Shown one piece after another: positions 1 through 9,340 of a stretch of DNA of 64,000 bases (position 1 is its first letter; each line of letters starts with the position of its first letter). The notes below the pieces were generated by a model. That model made no database searches, had not been told where the DNA came from, and worked only from the letters and a program-made list of their open reading frames with translations. The DNA comes from an uncultured delta proteobacterium (GTDB lineage: Bacteria > Desulfobacterota > Binatia > Binatales > Binataceae). The stretch is from the NCBI GenBank assembly GCA_963842085.1, contig CAWJET010000001.1, positions 3,072,001-3,136,000 of the forward strand. The letters are read 5' to 3'. Position numbers and translations under genes: made by a program.

Positions 1-662
1 GTAGCTACGCCGAATACGCGCTGGCTTATGGGAAATACGTCTGCAAGGTGCCCAAGGGAGTAGATCCGTGGGTGGCGGCTCCGCTCACATGTGCCGGTGT
101 CACCACCTACAAGGCGGTGAAGGTGGCCGGTGCCAGATCGTCCGACCTGGTCGCCATTTTCGGTATCGGCGGGCTGGGGCATTTGGCGCTTCAGTATGCG
201 CGGATTGCGGGCGCGACGGTGGTGGCGGTGGATGTTCTCGACGATAAACTTGAACTCGCCAAGGAACTCGGCGCGCGTTACACGATCAATGCGCGCAACG
301 AAGATCCAGCGGAGGCGCTCAAGAAGCTCGGCGGCGCCGACAGCGCAGTGGTGGTCGCAGTGTCGCCACAAGCCTACACCAGCGCCTACCAGGGACTCCG
401 TCGCGGCGGCAAGCTGGTGTTCGTCGGACTGCCGGCGGACAACTCCGTGCAGATCCCGATCTTCGAGACCGTGCTCAATGGGATCTCGATCGCCGGCTCG
501 GTAGTCGGTACGCGGGTAGATCTCGCGGAGACCTTCGAGCTGCAAGCCTCGGGCATGACCAAGGTTATCTACGAAAAGCGCAAACTCGAGCAGGTCAACG
601 AGGCGTTCAACGAAGTTGAGGATGGTCGCGTGCGCGCCCGCCTCGTGTTTGGGATGAACTGA
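1..662 (+). CDS. adhP: Zn-dependent alcohol dehydrogenase (AdhP/MDR family), 5'-truncated by the window edge
   Basis: Frame is open from the window start (SYAEYALAY...). Contains APLTCAGVTTYKA, Rossmann GIGGLG and C-terminal GRVRARLV. Confidence 0.9.
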   Translation, partial: SYAEYALAYGKYVCKVPKGVDPWVAAPLTCAGVTTYKAVKVAGARSSDLVAIFGIGGLGHLALQYARIAGATVVAVDVLDDKLELAKELGARYTINARNEDPAEALKKLGGADSAVVVAVSPQAYTSAYQGLRRGGKLVFVGLPADNSVQIPIFETVLNGISIAGSVVGTRVDLAETFELQASGMTKVIYEKRKLEQVNEAFNEVEDGRVRARLVFGMN

Positions 663-674
663 AGATTGCACCTT

Positions 675-709
675 GACGCGGCCCGCGGGCGCCTCAGCCG
701 GGCCGCGTC
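675..709 (+). terminator. GC-rich hairpin after adh
   Basis: GACGCGGCCCG...CGGGCCGCGTC inverted repeat with only a weak U tract. Confidence 0.45.
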
Positions 710-830
710 CGGTTAAAATCTCGATCGCTTTACGGCCCGGTCCAAGGGAGAACTCCTCCCGATAGCAAGGCTTTGCGGCGAGTGTTTACCCGGTAAAAGG
801 CCAGCGCTGATTCCACGGAGCGACATAGAT

Positions 831-1307
831 ATGCAGCTCACTATCACGATCAACGGGAAGCGCCGCAGTGACGAGGTCGACCCTCGGATGCTACTCGTGC
901 ATTACCTCCGCGATGTTGCGCAACTGACCGGGACGCATGTTGGGTGCGAGACTTCGCTGTGCGGCGCGTGCACGGTGCTGATGAACGGAAGCGCGATCAA
1001 GTCGTGCACGACATTCGCCGTGCAGGCCGAGGGCTGCCAAATCACGACGGTCGAGGGCCTCGCCAAAGACGGCAAGATGCACCCCCTTCAGGAAGGTTTC
1101 TGGGAGGAGCACGGTCTTCAATGTGGCTACTGCACGCCGGGCATGATCATGACCGCGACTGACTTGCTCAGCCGCAACGCCAATCCTTCCGAGGCGCAAA
1201 TCCGCGAGGCGCTGGAAGGCAACCTGTGCCGATGCACCGGATATCAACACATTATCAAGGCGATCCAGTACGCCGCTGAAAAGATGCGCTCCGCCAAAGG
1301 CGCCTGA
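831..1307 (+). CDS. coxS: [2Fe-2S] small subunit of a CoxS/XdhC-type molybdo-hydroxylase
   Basis: [20 protein letters not shown] and NLCRCTGY motifs. Confidence 0.93.
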   Translation: MQLTITINGKRRSDEVDPRMLLVHYLRDVAQLTGTHVGCETSLCGACTVLMNGSAIKSCTTFAVQAEGCQITTVEGLAKDGKMHPLQEGFWEEHGLQCGYCTPGMIMTATDLLSRNANPSEAQIREALEGNLCRCTGYQHIIKAIQYAAEKMRSAKGA

Positions 1308-1328
1308 ACGACTTCCAAGGAGAGACCG

Positions 1329-3668
1329 ATGGCCGTCATTCCCAAATTCGTGGGCGAGCGAATCAAGCGGCGTGAAGATCCGCGCCTGGTCTCCGGCCAA
1401 GGCATCTACGTTGACGACGTGCGGCTGCCGGGCATGCTATCAGCCGTTATCCTGCGAAGTCCCTATGCGCACGCGAAGTTGAGCTCGATCGACGTTAGCA
1501 AGGCGCGCGCACTGCCGGGCGTCATTGCGGTGCTGACCGGGAACGACCTCAAGGACAAGATGGGCTCGCTGCCATGTGTCGCTCCGGCCGACCACGTCCC
1601 GTTCCATCCCGTGCTAGCCCAAGCCAAGGTGCGCTACGTCGGCGAGGGCGTGGCGGTCGCGGTCGCGACCGATTCATACATCGCGCAGGACGCAATCGAC
1701 CTCATCGAAATCGACTACGATCCGCTCGACGCCGTCGTCGATCCCGAAAAGGCGCTCGCACCCGGCGCGCCGATTATTCACGACGAGTTCGGTACCAACT
1801 CGGTCACCTTCGCGGAGGTGCCGAACCCGGCAGTGGACGAGGCGATGCGCAAGGCGGACAAGATCATAAAGTTTCGCATCGTGAACCAGCGCCTCGCGCC
1901 GGTTCCGATGGAGGCGCGCGGCGTCGTCGTCAAGTGGGAGGCCGGATACAAACAGCTGACATTATGGTCCTCGACGCAGATTCCTCACCTGTTACGATCG
2001 CAACTCGCCGAGATGCTAAGGCTAGGCGAGAACAAGATTCGAGTGATCGCGCCGGAAGTCGGCGGCGGCTTTGGATGCAAGCTGAACGTGTATGCTGAGG
2101 AAGCGTTAACGGCGCACTTGGCGATGACGCTCGAGCGGCCGGTCAAGTGGATCGAGCGCCGGCGCGAAAACCTGTCGGGCACCACGCACGGCCGCGACCA
2201 GATTACCTACCTCGAGATCGCCGCGCAGAAGGATGGCACCGTGCTCGCGATGAAAGGCCGTTTCATTTGCGACATGGGCGCCTATATGCACCTGCTGACG
2301 CCGGCGATCCCCGGCTTCTCAGGCCTGATGATGACGGGCTGTTACAAGATTCCGGCGCTCGCGTTCGAGCAACAAATGGTCTTCACCAACAAGATGGCGA
2401 CCGATGCGTATCGCGGCGCGGGACGCCCCGAGGCCTGCTATATCGCGGAACGCACGATGGAGATGGTCGCTGCGGAGTTCGGACTCGATCCGACTGACGT
2501 CCGGCGCATGAACTTCATCCCCAAGGAAACGTTCCCGGCTTCTACCGCCGGCGGACTCGTCTATGATTCCGGCGACTACAATCTCACGCTCGACAAGGCG
2601 CTCCGGGCAATTGACTACAAAAAGGTTCGCGCCGAGCAAGCGCAAGCGCTCAAGCAGGGCCGCTATATCGGCATCGGGATCGCCTCTTACGTCGAGATTT
2701 GCGGACTCGGGCCGTCCGTTCTGCTGCCGCCGAAGCTCAAGGGTGGGGGATGGGAGAGCGCGACGGTCAGGATTGAGCCTGACAGCAAGGTGACTGTGCT
2801 CACCGGCATTTCTCCGCACGGCCAGGGACAGGAGACAACCTTCGCGCAACTCGTGGCCGACGCGTTGGGCATCGATATCGACGACATCAACGTCGTCCAT
2901 GGCGACACCGCGATGGTGCAGTACGGCATCGGGACGTTCGGCAGCCGCGGCACCACGGTCGGTGGACCGGCGCTGATGATCACGGTGGCCAAGCTGCAGG
3001 ACAAGATGAAGAAGATCGCTTCCACTATGATGGAGGTGCCGCCGGACCAGCTCACTTTCGTCAACCGGACGATCGCGATGGCGAGCGACGCGTCGAAGTC
3101 GATTCCGTTGCAGCAGGTCGTCGACGCCGCCTACGGATACAAGCAGCCAATTCCCGGCGTCGAGCCGGGCCTCGATGCGACGAGCTTTTACGAGCCGTCG
3201 GCGTGCACGTTCCCGTTCGGCACGCATGTCGCCGTGGTCGAGGTTGACCCGGAAACGGGCGTCGTCAAGTTCCTCCGCTACGTGGCGGTCGACGACTGCG
3301 GCAAAATAATCAGCCCGCTGCTGGTCGAGGGCCAGATCCACGGAGGAATCGCGCAGGGGATCGCGCAGGCTCTGTACGAGGAGGTGGTGTACGACGAGAA
3401 CGGCCAGCTCATCACCGCATCGCTGATGGACTACGCGGTGCCCAAGGCGCACATGCTGCCGCATTACGAGCTGGAGTCCACGGTCACGCCGTCACCGGTC
3501 AACATCCTGGGCGTCAAGGGCGTGGGCGAAGCGGGCACAATCGGATCGACGCCCTGCGTGGTCAACGCCGTGCTCGATGCGCTAAAGCCGCTCGGCATCC
3601 GTGAGCTTGACATGCCGCTCAAGCCGGAGAAGGTCTGGCGCGCAATTCAGGAAGCAAGGGGAGGTTGA
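1329..3668 (+). CDS. coxL: Molybdopterin-binding large subunit, form II CoxL-like (xanthine dehydrogenase family)
   Basis: RREDPRLVSG, VGGGFG, AYRGAGRPEA, HGQGQET and KGVGEAG motifs. Confidence 0.92.
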   Translation: MAVIPKFVGERIKRREDPRLVSGQGIYVDDVRLPGMLSAVILRSPYAHAKLSSIDVSKARALPGVIAVLTGNDLKDKMGSLPCVAPADHVPFHPVLAQAKVRYVGEGVAVAVATDSYIAQDAIDLIEIDYDPLDAVVDPEKALAPGAPIIHDEFGTNSVTFAEVPNPAVDEAMRKADKIIKFRIVNQRLAPVPMEARGVVVKWEAGYKQLTLWSSTQIPHLLRSQLAEMLRLGENKIRVIAPEVGGGFGCKLNVYAEEALTAHLAMTLERPVKWIERRRENLSGTTHGRDQITYLEIAAQKDGTVLAMKGRFICDMGAYMHLLTPAIPGFSGLMMTGCYKIPALAFEQQMVFTNKMATDAYRGAGRPEACYIAERTMEMVAAEFGLDPTDVRRMNFIPKETFPASTAGGLVYDSGDYNLTLDKALRAIDYKKVRAEQAQALKQGRYIGIGIASYVEICGLGPSVLLPPKLKGGGWESATVRIEPDSKVTVLTGISPHGQGQETTFAQLVADALGIDIDDINVVHGDTAMVQYGIGTFGSRGTTVGGPALMITVAKLQDKMKKIASTMMEVPPDQLTFVNRTIAMASDASKSIPLQQVVDAAYGYKQPIPGVEPGLDATSFYEPSACTFPFGTHVAVVEVDPETGVVKFLRYVAVDDCGKIISPLLVEGQIHGGIAQGIAQALYEEVVYDENGQLITASLMDYAVPKAHMLPHYELESTVTPSPVNILGVKGVGEAGTIGSTPCVVNAVLDALKPLGIRELDMPLKPEKVWRAIQEARGG

Positions 3669-3672
3669 CGCA

Positions 3673-4536
3673 ATGTATCCCGCGTCATTCGAATATCACC
3701 GCGCGGCCTCCGTGAAGGACGCGCTTGCGATGCTCACCAGGTTCGGCGACGACGCAAAACTGCTTGCCGGCGGGCACAGCCTGATCCCGATGATGAAGCT
3801 GCGCCTGGCGCAGCCAGCGCATCTGATCGACATCGGTGGAATTCGCGACTTGGCGCAGGTCCGGGAGGAGGGCGGCAAGATCGTGATCGGCGGACTCGCG
3901 ACCCATCACCAGGTCGAGACTTCGGCAATCGTCAGAGGCAAGCTGGGAATGCTAGCGGAGTGCGCCGCGTTGATCGGAGACGTCCAGGTGCGCAACCGCG
4001 GTACCATCGGCGGCAGCCTGGCGCATTCGGATCCGGCGGCCGATTATCCGGCTGCGGTCCTCGCGCTGGAGGCCGAGATGCGCGTCGAGAGCAGCGGCGG
4101 CGCACGCACGATCAAGGCGGAAGAGTTCTTTATCGACCTGATGACGACCGCCGTGCAACACGGCCAGATCCTGACGCATGTATCGATTGCGCCAATCGCG
4201 GCGAGTACCGGCGGCGCGTACTTGAAACATCGCCAACCCGCCTCCGGCTTCGCGACTGTCGGGGTGGCAGCGCTGGTCACGCTTGATCCAAACGGCAACT
4301 GCGCGCGGGTGAGGGTGGGAATCACGGGACTCGGGCCGAAGGCATTTCGGGCCAAAGCGGTCGAAGCGGCGCTCACTGGAAAGGCGCCCGCCGCGATCAA
4401 AGATGCTGCGGCGCATGCTGCGGATGGTATCGACGCCCTGTCTGATATCCATGCTGCGGCCGACTTCCGTGCTGAGCTCGCGCGCGTCTACACGCGCCGG
4501 GCCCTCGAGCAGGCGGTCGCGCGTGCGAAGGCGTAA
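3673..4536 (+). CDS. coxM: FAD-binding medium subunit, CoxM-like
   Basis: MYPASFEYHR start after GGAGG; AGGHSLIPMMKLR; QVRNRGTIGGSLAHSDPAAD. Confidence 0.92.
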   Translation: MYPASFEYHRAASVKDALAMLTRFGDDAKLLAGGHSLIPMMKLRLAQPAHLIDIGGIRDLAQVREEGGKIVIGGLATHHQVETSAIVRGKLGMLAECAALIGDVQVRNRGTIGGSLAHSDPAADYPAAVLALEAEMRVESSGGARTIKAEEFFIDLMTTAVQHGQILTHVSIAPIAASTGGAYLKHRQPASGFATVGVAALVTLDPNGNCARVRVGITGLGPKAFRAKAVEAALTGKAPAAIKDAAAHAADGIDALSDIHAAADFRAELARVYTRRALEQAVARAKA

Positions 4537-4581
4537 ACGCCGGCTTGCGCCGCTCAGGAATTGGCGTTACGCCAATCGCCG

Positions 4582-5112
4582 ATGAAGATTGCAGGCGAAA
4601 CAACGTTGCCGGTGCCGCGCGAACGCGTGTGGGCCTTATTCAACAATCCCGAGCGACTTTCGAAGCTGATTCCCGGATGCGAAAAGCTCGCAGCCCTGGG
4701 CCCCGATGAATATGCAGGTACCATCGTGGTCGGCATCGCCGCGGTCAAGGGCACTTACGACGGCAAGCTCAAGATCGAAGAGCAGCGCCCGCCCGAGCAT
4801 TATCGGATAGTAGTCGACGGCAAGGGCAAGCAGGGATTCCTGAAGGGATCCGGCACCCTCGACCTCGCTGCGCGAGACGCGCGGACCACACTGGTGAAAT
4901 ACGCGGGCGACGTGCAGGTCGGCGGTCCGCTGATACAGGTTGGGCAGCGGATGATCGACAGCGCCGCCAAGATGATGCTGGGACAGTTCTTTGCGGCGGC
5001 CGAAGCCGAACTCAAGGCCGAGCTGCGCGGAACTGTCGCACGCCAGGGACTCCTAATCAACTTCTGGCGCTATCTTGTGCGCCTGTTCCGCGCGGCGTTC
5101 GGGCGCAACTGA
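4582..5112 (+). CDS. coxG: CoxG (SRPBCC family) protein
   Basis: VWALFNNPERLSKLIPGCE and GQRMIDSAAK motifs; lies directly after coxM. Confidence 0.85.
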   Translation: MKIAGETTLPVPRERVWALFNNPERLSKLIPGCEKLAALGPDEYAGTIVVGIAAVKGTYDGKLKIEEQRPPEHYRIVVDGKGKQGFLKGSGTLDLAARDARTTLVKYAGDVQVGGPLIQVGQRMIDSAAKMMLGQFFAAAEAELKAELRGTVARQGLLINFWRYLVRLFRAAFGRN

Positions 5113-5235
5113 AGGCCAATCGGCAAGACCTCCTGGGAGCGGTTGTCGCACGGGCCCAGCTTCCGCAGACAATCCCTGCGTGGTAGGTTGCAGGCTGCAA
5201 CGGCAGTAGGGGCAACCTCTTTTTCGGGAGCTAAC

Positions 5236-5699
5236 ATGCCACTGCATATGGACGTCCACGAGCTCCAGGGAACAACCGCGGCGCAGGTTGACCAAGCGCA
5301 CGCGGCCGACCTCGCGGAGCAGGGGAAGTACGGCGTCAAGTATATCAAGTACTGGTTCAACGAGAGCCACGGCAAGGCTTTCTGCCTCGTCGATGCGCCC
5401 AGTCCGGAGGCGGCGCAGTTAGTGCACCGTGAAGCGCACGGGCAAATCGCACAAAGAATTCTCGAGGTCCAGCCCGAGCTTGCAGAGGCATTTCTCGGCG
5501 GAGGTGAAACCGATTCGTCGGGAGCGGTCCTGGCCCCTAGTGGCGCCGGCAACGAGCGGGACTCCGCAATCCGGACCATTCTCTTCACGAGTTATGCGTC
5601 GGAAAGGGCCTGCCCTTCAAAGACCTAGGAGATGTTTCCCTAAAGGGTTTCAGTTGCCCGATCCGAGTTCACGCTGTCGAATGGCCCGCTGCGACGTAA
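5236..5699 (+). pseudogene. DUF4242 plus class III adenylate/guanylate cyclase fusion with an internal deletion and frameshift
   Basis: DUF4242 signature (MDVH...AHAADL...KYW...FCLVDAP...HREAHG) runs to RTILFT at 5588. A different frame from 5589 encodes a cyclase C-terminus, ELCVGKGLPFKDLGDVSLKGFSCPIRVHAVEW, ending at TAA 5697-5699. Confidence 0.75.
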
Positions 5700-5726
5700 C
5701 GCTGCGCGAAATCCCATAAAACCCCG

Positions 5727-6653
5727 CTATGTCACATCGGCGCGAACCGGTGTGCCACGTTTCACACGCCCTCTTCTCAGCCAAGGGTAATAGAGAGTCA
5801 GGAGAATAATGAGAATCGACGCCCAGACCAAATCGGCCACGAACCCCTGTGGATCGCTCAAGTCCGCCGGGTCGGTCCGCTTGGTCTCGAAGATTCGGTC
5901 CAACCATCCGACGACGTACGACGCGGTGCGCTTCGAACCGACGATTGAAACGTGGCTCTCGCCTTGGATCTCTACTTCGGATATCGCGGTACCGGAATGA
6001 AAGTCGCCATAGACCTCGCTCAATCGTGGATGATCGATGCCGCTGAGGCTCTTCAACACCTCATGGCATGAATTTCGGAATTCTTCAGGATCCTGGGAGG
6101 TGAAGACGAAAAGGGCGTCGGGCAGCCGTTCCCCTGCGTTGAGATAGCATCCGCCGGAAATCAGGATTACACCGCCAATCGCGCGATCGCGAGTTGCATA
6201 GACCGTCACGGCCCCGGCACCCGCCGAATGACCGATCAAGACCGCGCGGGAGCCATCGACTAACTTCGACGCTCGCGCATAGTCCACGGCGGCAGCGATG
6301 TCTTCGTAGACTTCATTTCCCGTAGAGGCGAAATGAGCCAGCGGAATTCCGATCGCGAGCGAAGCGTAGCCGTTGTGCGCTAGTCGGCGCGCCAGGCTCG
6401 CCATCGTCAAAGGACCGGCACCGAGACCCGAGACCAGGATGGCGAAGGGCAAGCGCTTCGACGCCTGCGCGTTCGCAGTCGCAGTTGAGTTCTGCGCTGG
6501 ATACGGCAGATACAGGATTGCGACTCGGCCGTCGGCCAGCCGAACGTCAATTCGGCGCGGCCCGTTTGTATCGACTTCTACGAGCCAAACTGCAAGTCCT
6601 GCCAAGATCGCCAACTCGACGCAGACAACGAGGAGAATCCTGGACCGGACCAC
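5727..6653 (-). CDS. Membrane-anchored alpha/beta hydrolase
   Basis: GHSAG nucleophile elbow; hydrophobic segments at both ends. Confidence 0.75.
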   Translation of the reverse strand: MVRSRILLVVCVELAILAGLAVWLVEVDTNGPRRIDVRLADGRVAILYLPYPAQNSTATANAQASKRLPFAILVSGLGAGPLTMASLARRLAHNGYASLAIGIPLAHFASTGNEVYEDIAAAVDYARASKLVDGSRAVLIGHSAGAGAVTVYATRDRAIGGVILISGGCYLNAGERLPDALFVFTSQDPEEFRNSCHEVLKSLSGIDHPRLSEVYGDFHSGTAISEVEIQGESHVSIVGSKRTASYVVGWLDRIFETKRTDPADLSDPQGFVADLVWASILIILLTLYYPWLRRGRVKRGTPVRADVT

Positions 6654-6817
6654 AGCGCTCTAGCGACGCGTCTCGGTCGAGCGACAATTCAAGGGAGAGA
6701 GCGCGCTTCTCACGAGGCTCAGCGCTGGATTCCAGGATAAGTCACACTCGCAATCCCGTGCGCCGCCCGCCGCTACCGGTTGAAACGGTCGGCTGTCAGT
6801 ATGGAGCGCCAACATCC

Positions 6818-7231
6818 TCAGCCTGGCATTTTGTCGAAGTTCTGCAACCCGGGAGTAAGAGTCGCCCACGGAGGCGCGCTGGACGTATAGATATTCATCG
6901 TTGGCTTGAAGCGCGCGGGTTCGTCCAGGCTCCCGGCTTTGACCACCATCACGTCCGGCATCGCCCCCAGCTGTGTGGTAACAGGTGCGCCGCAGGACGT
7001 GCAGAAGCCGCGGTCTACTTTGTTGCCACTTTCCCCGACGACCGAGTGGTATTTAAGAGCGCCCTTGGTCAGACGAAACGCCGCTTTCGGCACGACCATA
7101 ACGGAGGCCATCGCACCGCCGGTCGATCTCTGGCAATCGCGGCAGTAGCAATTTGCAGACATCACTGGGTCAGCCGAAATTTCGTATCTGACAGCTCCGC
7201 AAGCGCATCCACCCGTTGAAATGTTTTCCAT
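6818..7231 (-). CDS. GFA family (CENP-V-like) Zn protein
   Basis: GGCACGAVRY, CYCRDCQR and FCTSCG motifs; AGGAG RBS before the ATG at 7231. Confidence 0.9.
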   Translation of the reverse strand: MENISTGGCACGAVRYEISADPVMSANCYCRDCQRSTGGAMASVMVVPKAAFRLTKGALKYHSVVGESGNKVDRGFCTSCGAPVTTQLGAMPDVMVVKAGSLDEPARFKPTMNIYTSSAPPWATLTPGLQNFDKMPG

Positions 7232-7528
7232 AGCCAATATCTCCTTGGTTCCCACTTATAGCACCGAGCGCGGCAGAAGTCGTGTTTGCTTCCAGCAGAT
7301 TTCGCTCGCACGCGCGCGCGGAAGTACGGCACGCGGTTGGATTGCAGTAAAACGACGCGTGCTGACCTCCTGACTCGTTTCGACTTGGCTCCTTGTCTTT
7401 CGAGCCATCTTCACTTGTAAAAAGTACACTTCCCCGCGCCGCGCAAGATTACGAAACCGCAAGCTTTTGCAACGAGGCGCTCGCGTCATTCGTATTCCAG
7501 AGTGAATACATCGTCGAGGTTTGAGAAC

Positions 7529-7834
7529 ATGAATTCAAATCATCTGGATATTGGCGCCCGGCGAAATTTGCGGACCGCGATTATCGCGCTCGCCAGCGCA
7601 CTTGCTCTAATGACGATGACCGGTTGCTTCGCCAGCCCTCGCGCGAACGACACCCTTGGCGGCGCTGCCCTCGGCGCCGGCGCGGGAGCACTGCTTGGCA
7701 GCTCGGAAGGTTCACCGGCAACAGGTGCGCTGATTGGTGGTCTTGGCGGCGGTGCCGTCGGCTACATTGTCGGCACCGAGATGCAGCATCGCGGATACTA
7801 CGGCCCTTACGAGGGACCCGGATACTATTACTGA
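7529..7834 (+). CDS. Glycine-zipper lipoprotein
   Basis: Lipobox MTGC followed by repeated GxxxG segments (GGAALGAGAGALLG, GALIGGLGGGAVG). Confidence 0.7.
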   Translation: MNSNHLDIGARRNLRTAIIALASALALMTMTGCFASPRANDTLGGAALGAGAGALLGSSEGSPATGALIGGLGGGAVGYIVGTEMQHRGYYGPYEGPGYYY

Positions 7835-8070
7835 TTCTGATCGTCGCCCAGTGCCGAGACACCAGTCCCAACCATATCGGGAGTCTGCCTGATCGCTCAG
7901 TTCACGAAGATCAGGCGAGAATCCTGCGGTCCGCTCAGGCCCGTCCCATATCCCTTATCGGGCCATCAACAACCAGGCTCGGGAGGAACTTTGGCGGCTG
8001 TGGCGCGAAAGCACCCAGCGAAACTTTCCAAGAATGGTGCCGTTCGCTACACACCTGATCTCAATTTGAT

Positions 8071-8090
8071 CGCGAATCGCGCGATTCGCG
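8071..8090. promoter_or_regulatory. Perfect 20-bp palindrome abutting the sigma54 -24 element
   Basis: CGCGAATCGC-GCGATTCGCG. Confidence 0.5.
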
Positions 8091-8093
8091 CAC

Positions 8094-8109
8094 TGGCACA
8101 ACGAATGCT
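8094..8109 (+). promoter_or_regulatory. sigma54 (-24/-12) promoter of the macAB-like operon
   Basis: TGGCACAACGAATGCT gives GG-N10-GC just upstream of the adaptor gene. Confidence 0.65.
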
Positions 8110-8120
8110 CTGTCTTACAG

Positions 8121-9332
8121 ATGCTTATGAATCCAATGGCTGCGAAACGCTTTTGGCCGATCGCCGTCTCGATCCTCGTCGTTGCCGCGGGTTCGTACTA
8201 CTACCTTCACAGCGGGACGGCTCAACCGCGGTACACGACTGCGCGGGTTGACCGGGGTTCTGTGGTTCGCGCGGTCACCGCGACCGGCACCGTCAATCCG
8301 GTCATAACGGTGCAGGTCGGCACCTACGATTCAGGCCCGATTATCGCGATCTACGCTGATTTCAACACGCCGGTTAAGGCGGGCCAGCTGATCGCCAAGA
8401 TCGATCCGCGTCCCTTTCAGGTCAAGGTGGACCAGGCTGCGGCTGCGCTCGCCAACGCCAAGGCCCAACTCGTCAAGGACCAGGCTGACATGGTCTATAA
8501 GGATCTTACGCTGAAGCGCGACAGGCAGTTGCTCGAAGCGGATGCGATTTCGCAAGACACGGTTGATAGCGCGCGCAGTGCTTACGATCAGGACGCCGCC
8601 CAGGTCGCACTTGATCGAGCCAATATCCAGCAGCAGCAGGCCAACCTGGAGGAGGCGCAAGTCAATCTGAACTACACGAATATCATCTCCCCCGTCGACG
8701 GCACCGTCGTATCGCGCAATGTCGATGTCGGGCAGACGGTCGCCGCGAGTTTTCAGACGCCGACATTGTTTCTGATCGCGAAGGATCTGACGCAGATGCA
8801 GGTGGACACAAACGTCAGCGAATCGGACATCGGCAACTTGCGCACCGGCCAGCCCGCCGACTTCAGCGTCGATGCGTTTCCAGACCGCCAGTTCGAGGGC
8901 ACCGTTGGCCAGGTACGCAAGGCGCCGATCACGGTGCAGAATGTCGTCACCTACGACGTGGTGGTCAACGTGCCGAACCCGGAGTTCCTGCTCGCGCCGG
9001 GGATGACCGCCAACGTGACGATCGTCACAGCCCGACGCGACGACGTGCTGCGGATTCCGGTCCAGGCGCTGAGGTTCACGCCGGGCAAGGAAAAAGGCGA
9101 ACCTGCGAACCAGACCGTTGCCAACAAGTCTGCGCGGCAGAGGCGCGTATGGCTCGCCGATCGCGGGATGCTCAAAGCCGTCTTTGTCGTTACCGGCCTC
9201 GACGATGGCAACTACGTCGAAGTTTCAAGCGGAGACCTGAAGGTGGGCGATATGGTCGTGACCAACAAGGTCTCTGACACCGCATCCAGCTCCTCCGCTT
9301 CTTCCACGTCGCTTCGGCTTTCGCTGAGGTGA
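8121..9332 (+). CDS. macA: MacA-like periplasmic adaptor (membrane fusion protein)
   Basis: N-terminal TM; ATGTVNPV; IISPVDGTVVSRNVDVGQTVAASFQTPTLF; LAPGMTANV. Start codon uncertain. Confidence 0.88.
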   Translation: MLMNPMAAKRFWPIAVSILVVAAGSYYYLHSGTAQPRYTTARVDRGSVVRAVTATGTVNPVITVQVGTYDSGPIIAIYADFNTPVKAGQLIAKIDPRPFQVKVDQAAAALANAKAQLVKDQADMVYKDLTLKRDRQLLEADAISQDTVDSARSAYDQDAAQVALDRANIQQQQANLEEAQVNLNYTNIISPVDGTVVSRNVDVGQTVAASFQTPTLFLIAKDLTQMQVDTNVSESDIGNLRTGQPADFSVDAFPDRQFEGTVGQVRKAPITVQNVVTYDVVVNVPNPEFLLAPGMTANVTIVTARRDDVLRIPVQALRFTPGKEKGEPANQTVANKSARQRRVWLADRGMLKAVFVVTGLDDGNYVEVSSGDLKVGDMVVTNKVSDTASSSSASSTSLRLSLR

Positions 9333-9340
9333 GGAACGGT

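Noticed and set aside
1329-3668. Form I aerobic CO dehydrogenase
   Set aside because: The active-site loop is AYRGAGR rather than AYxCSFR, and the gene order is S-L-M.
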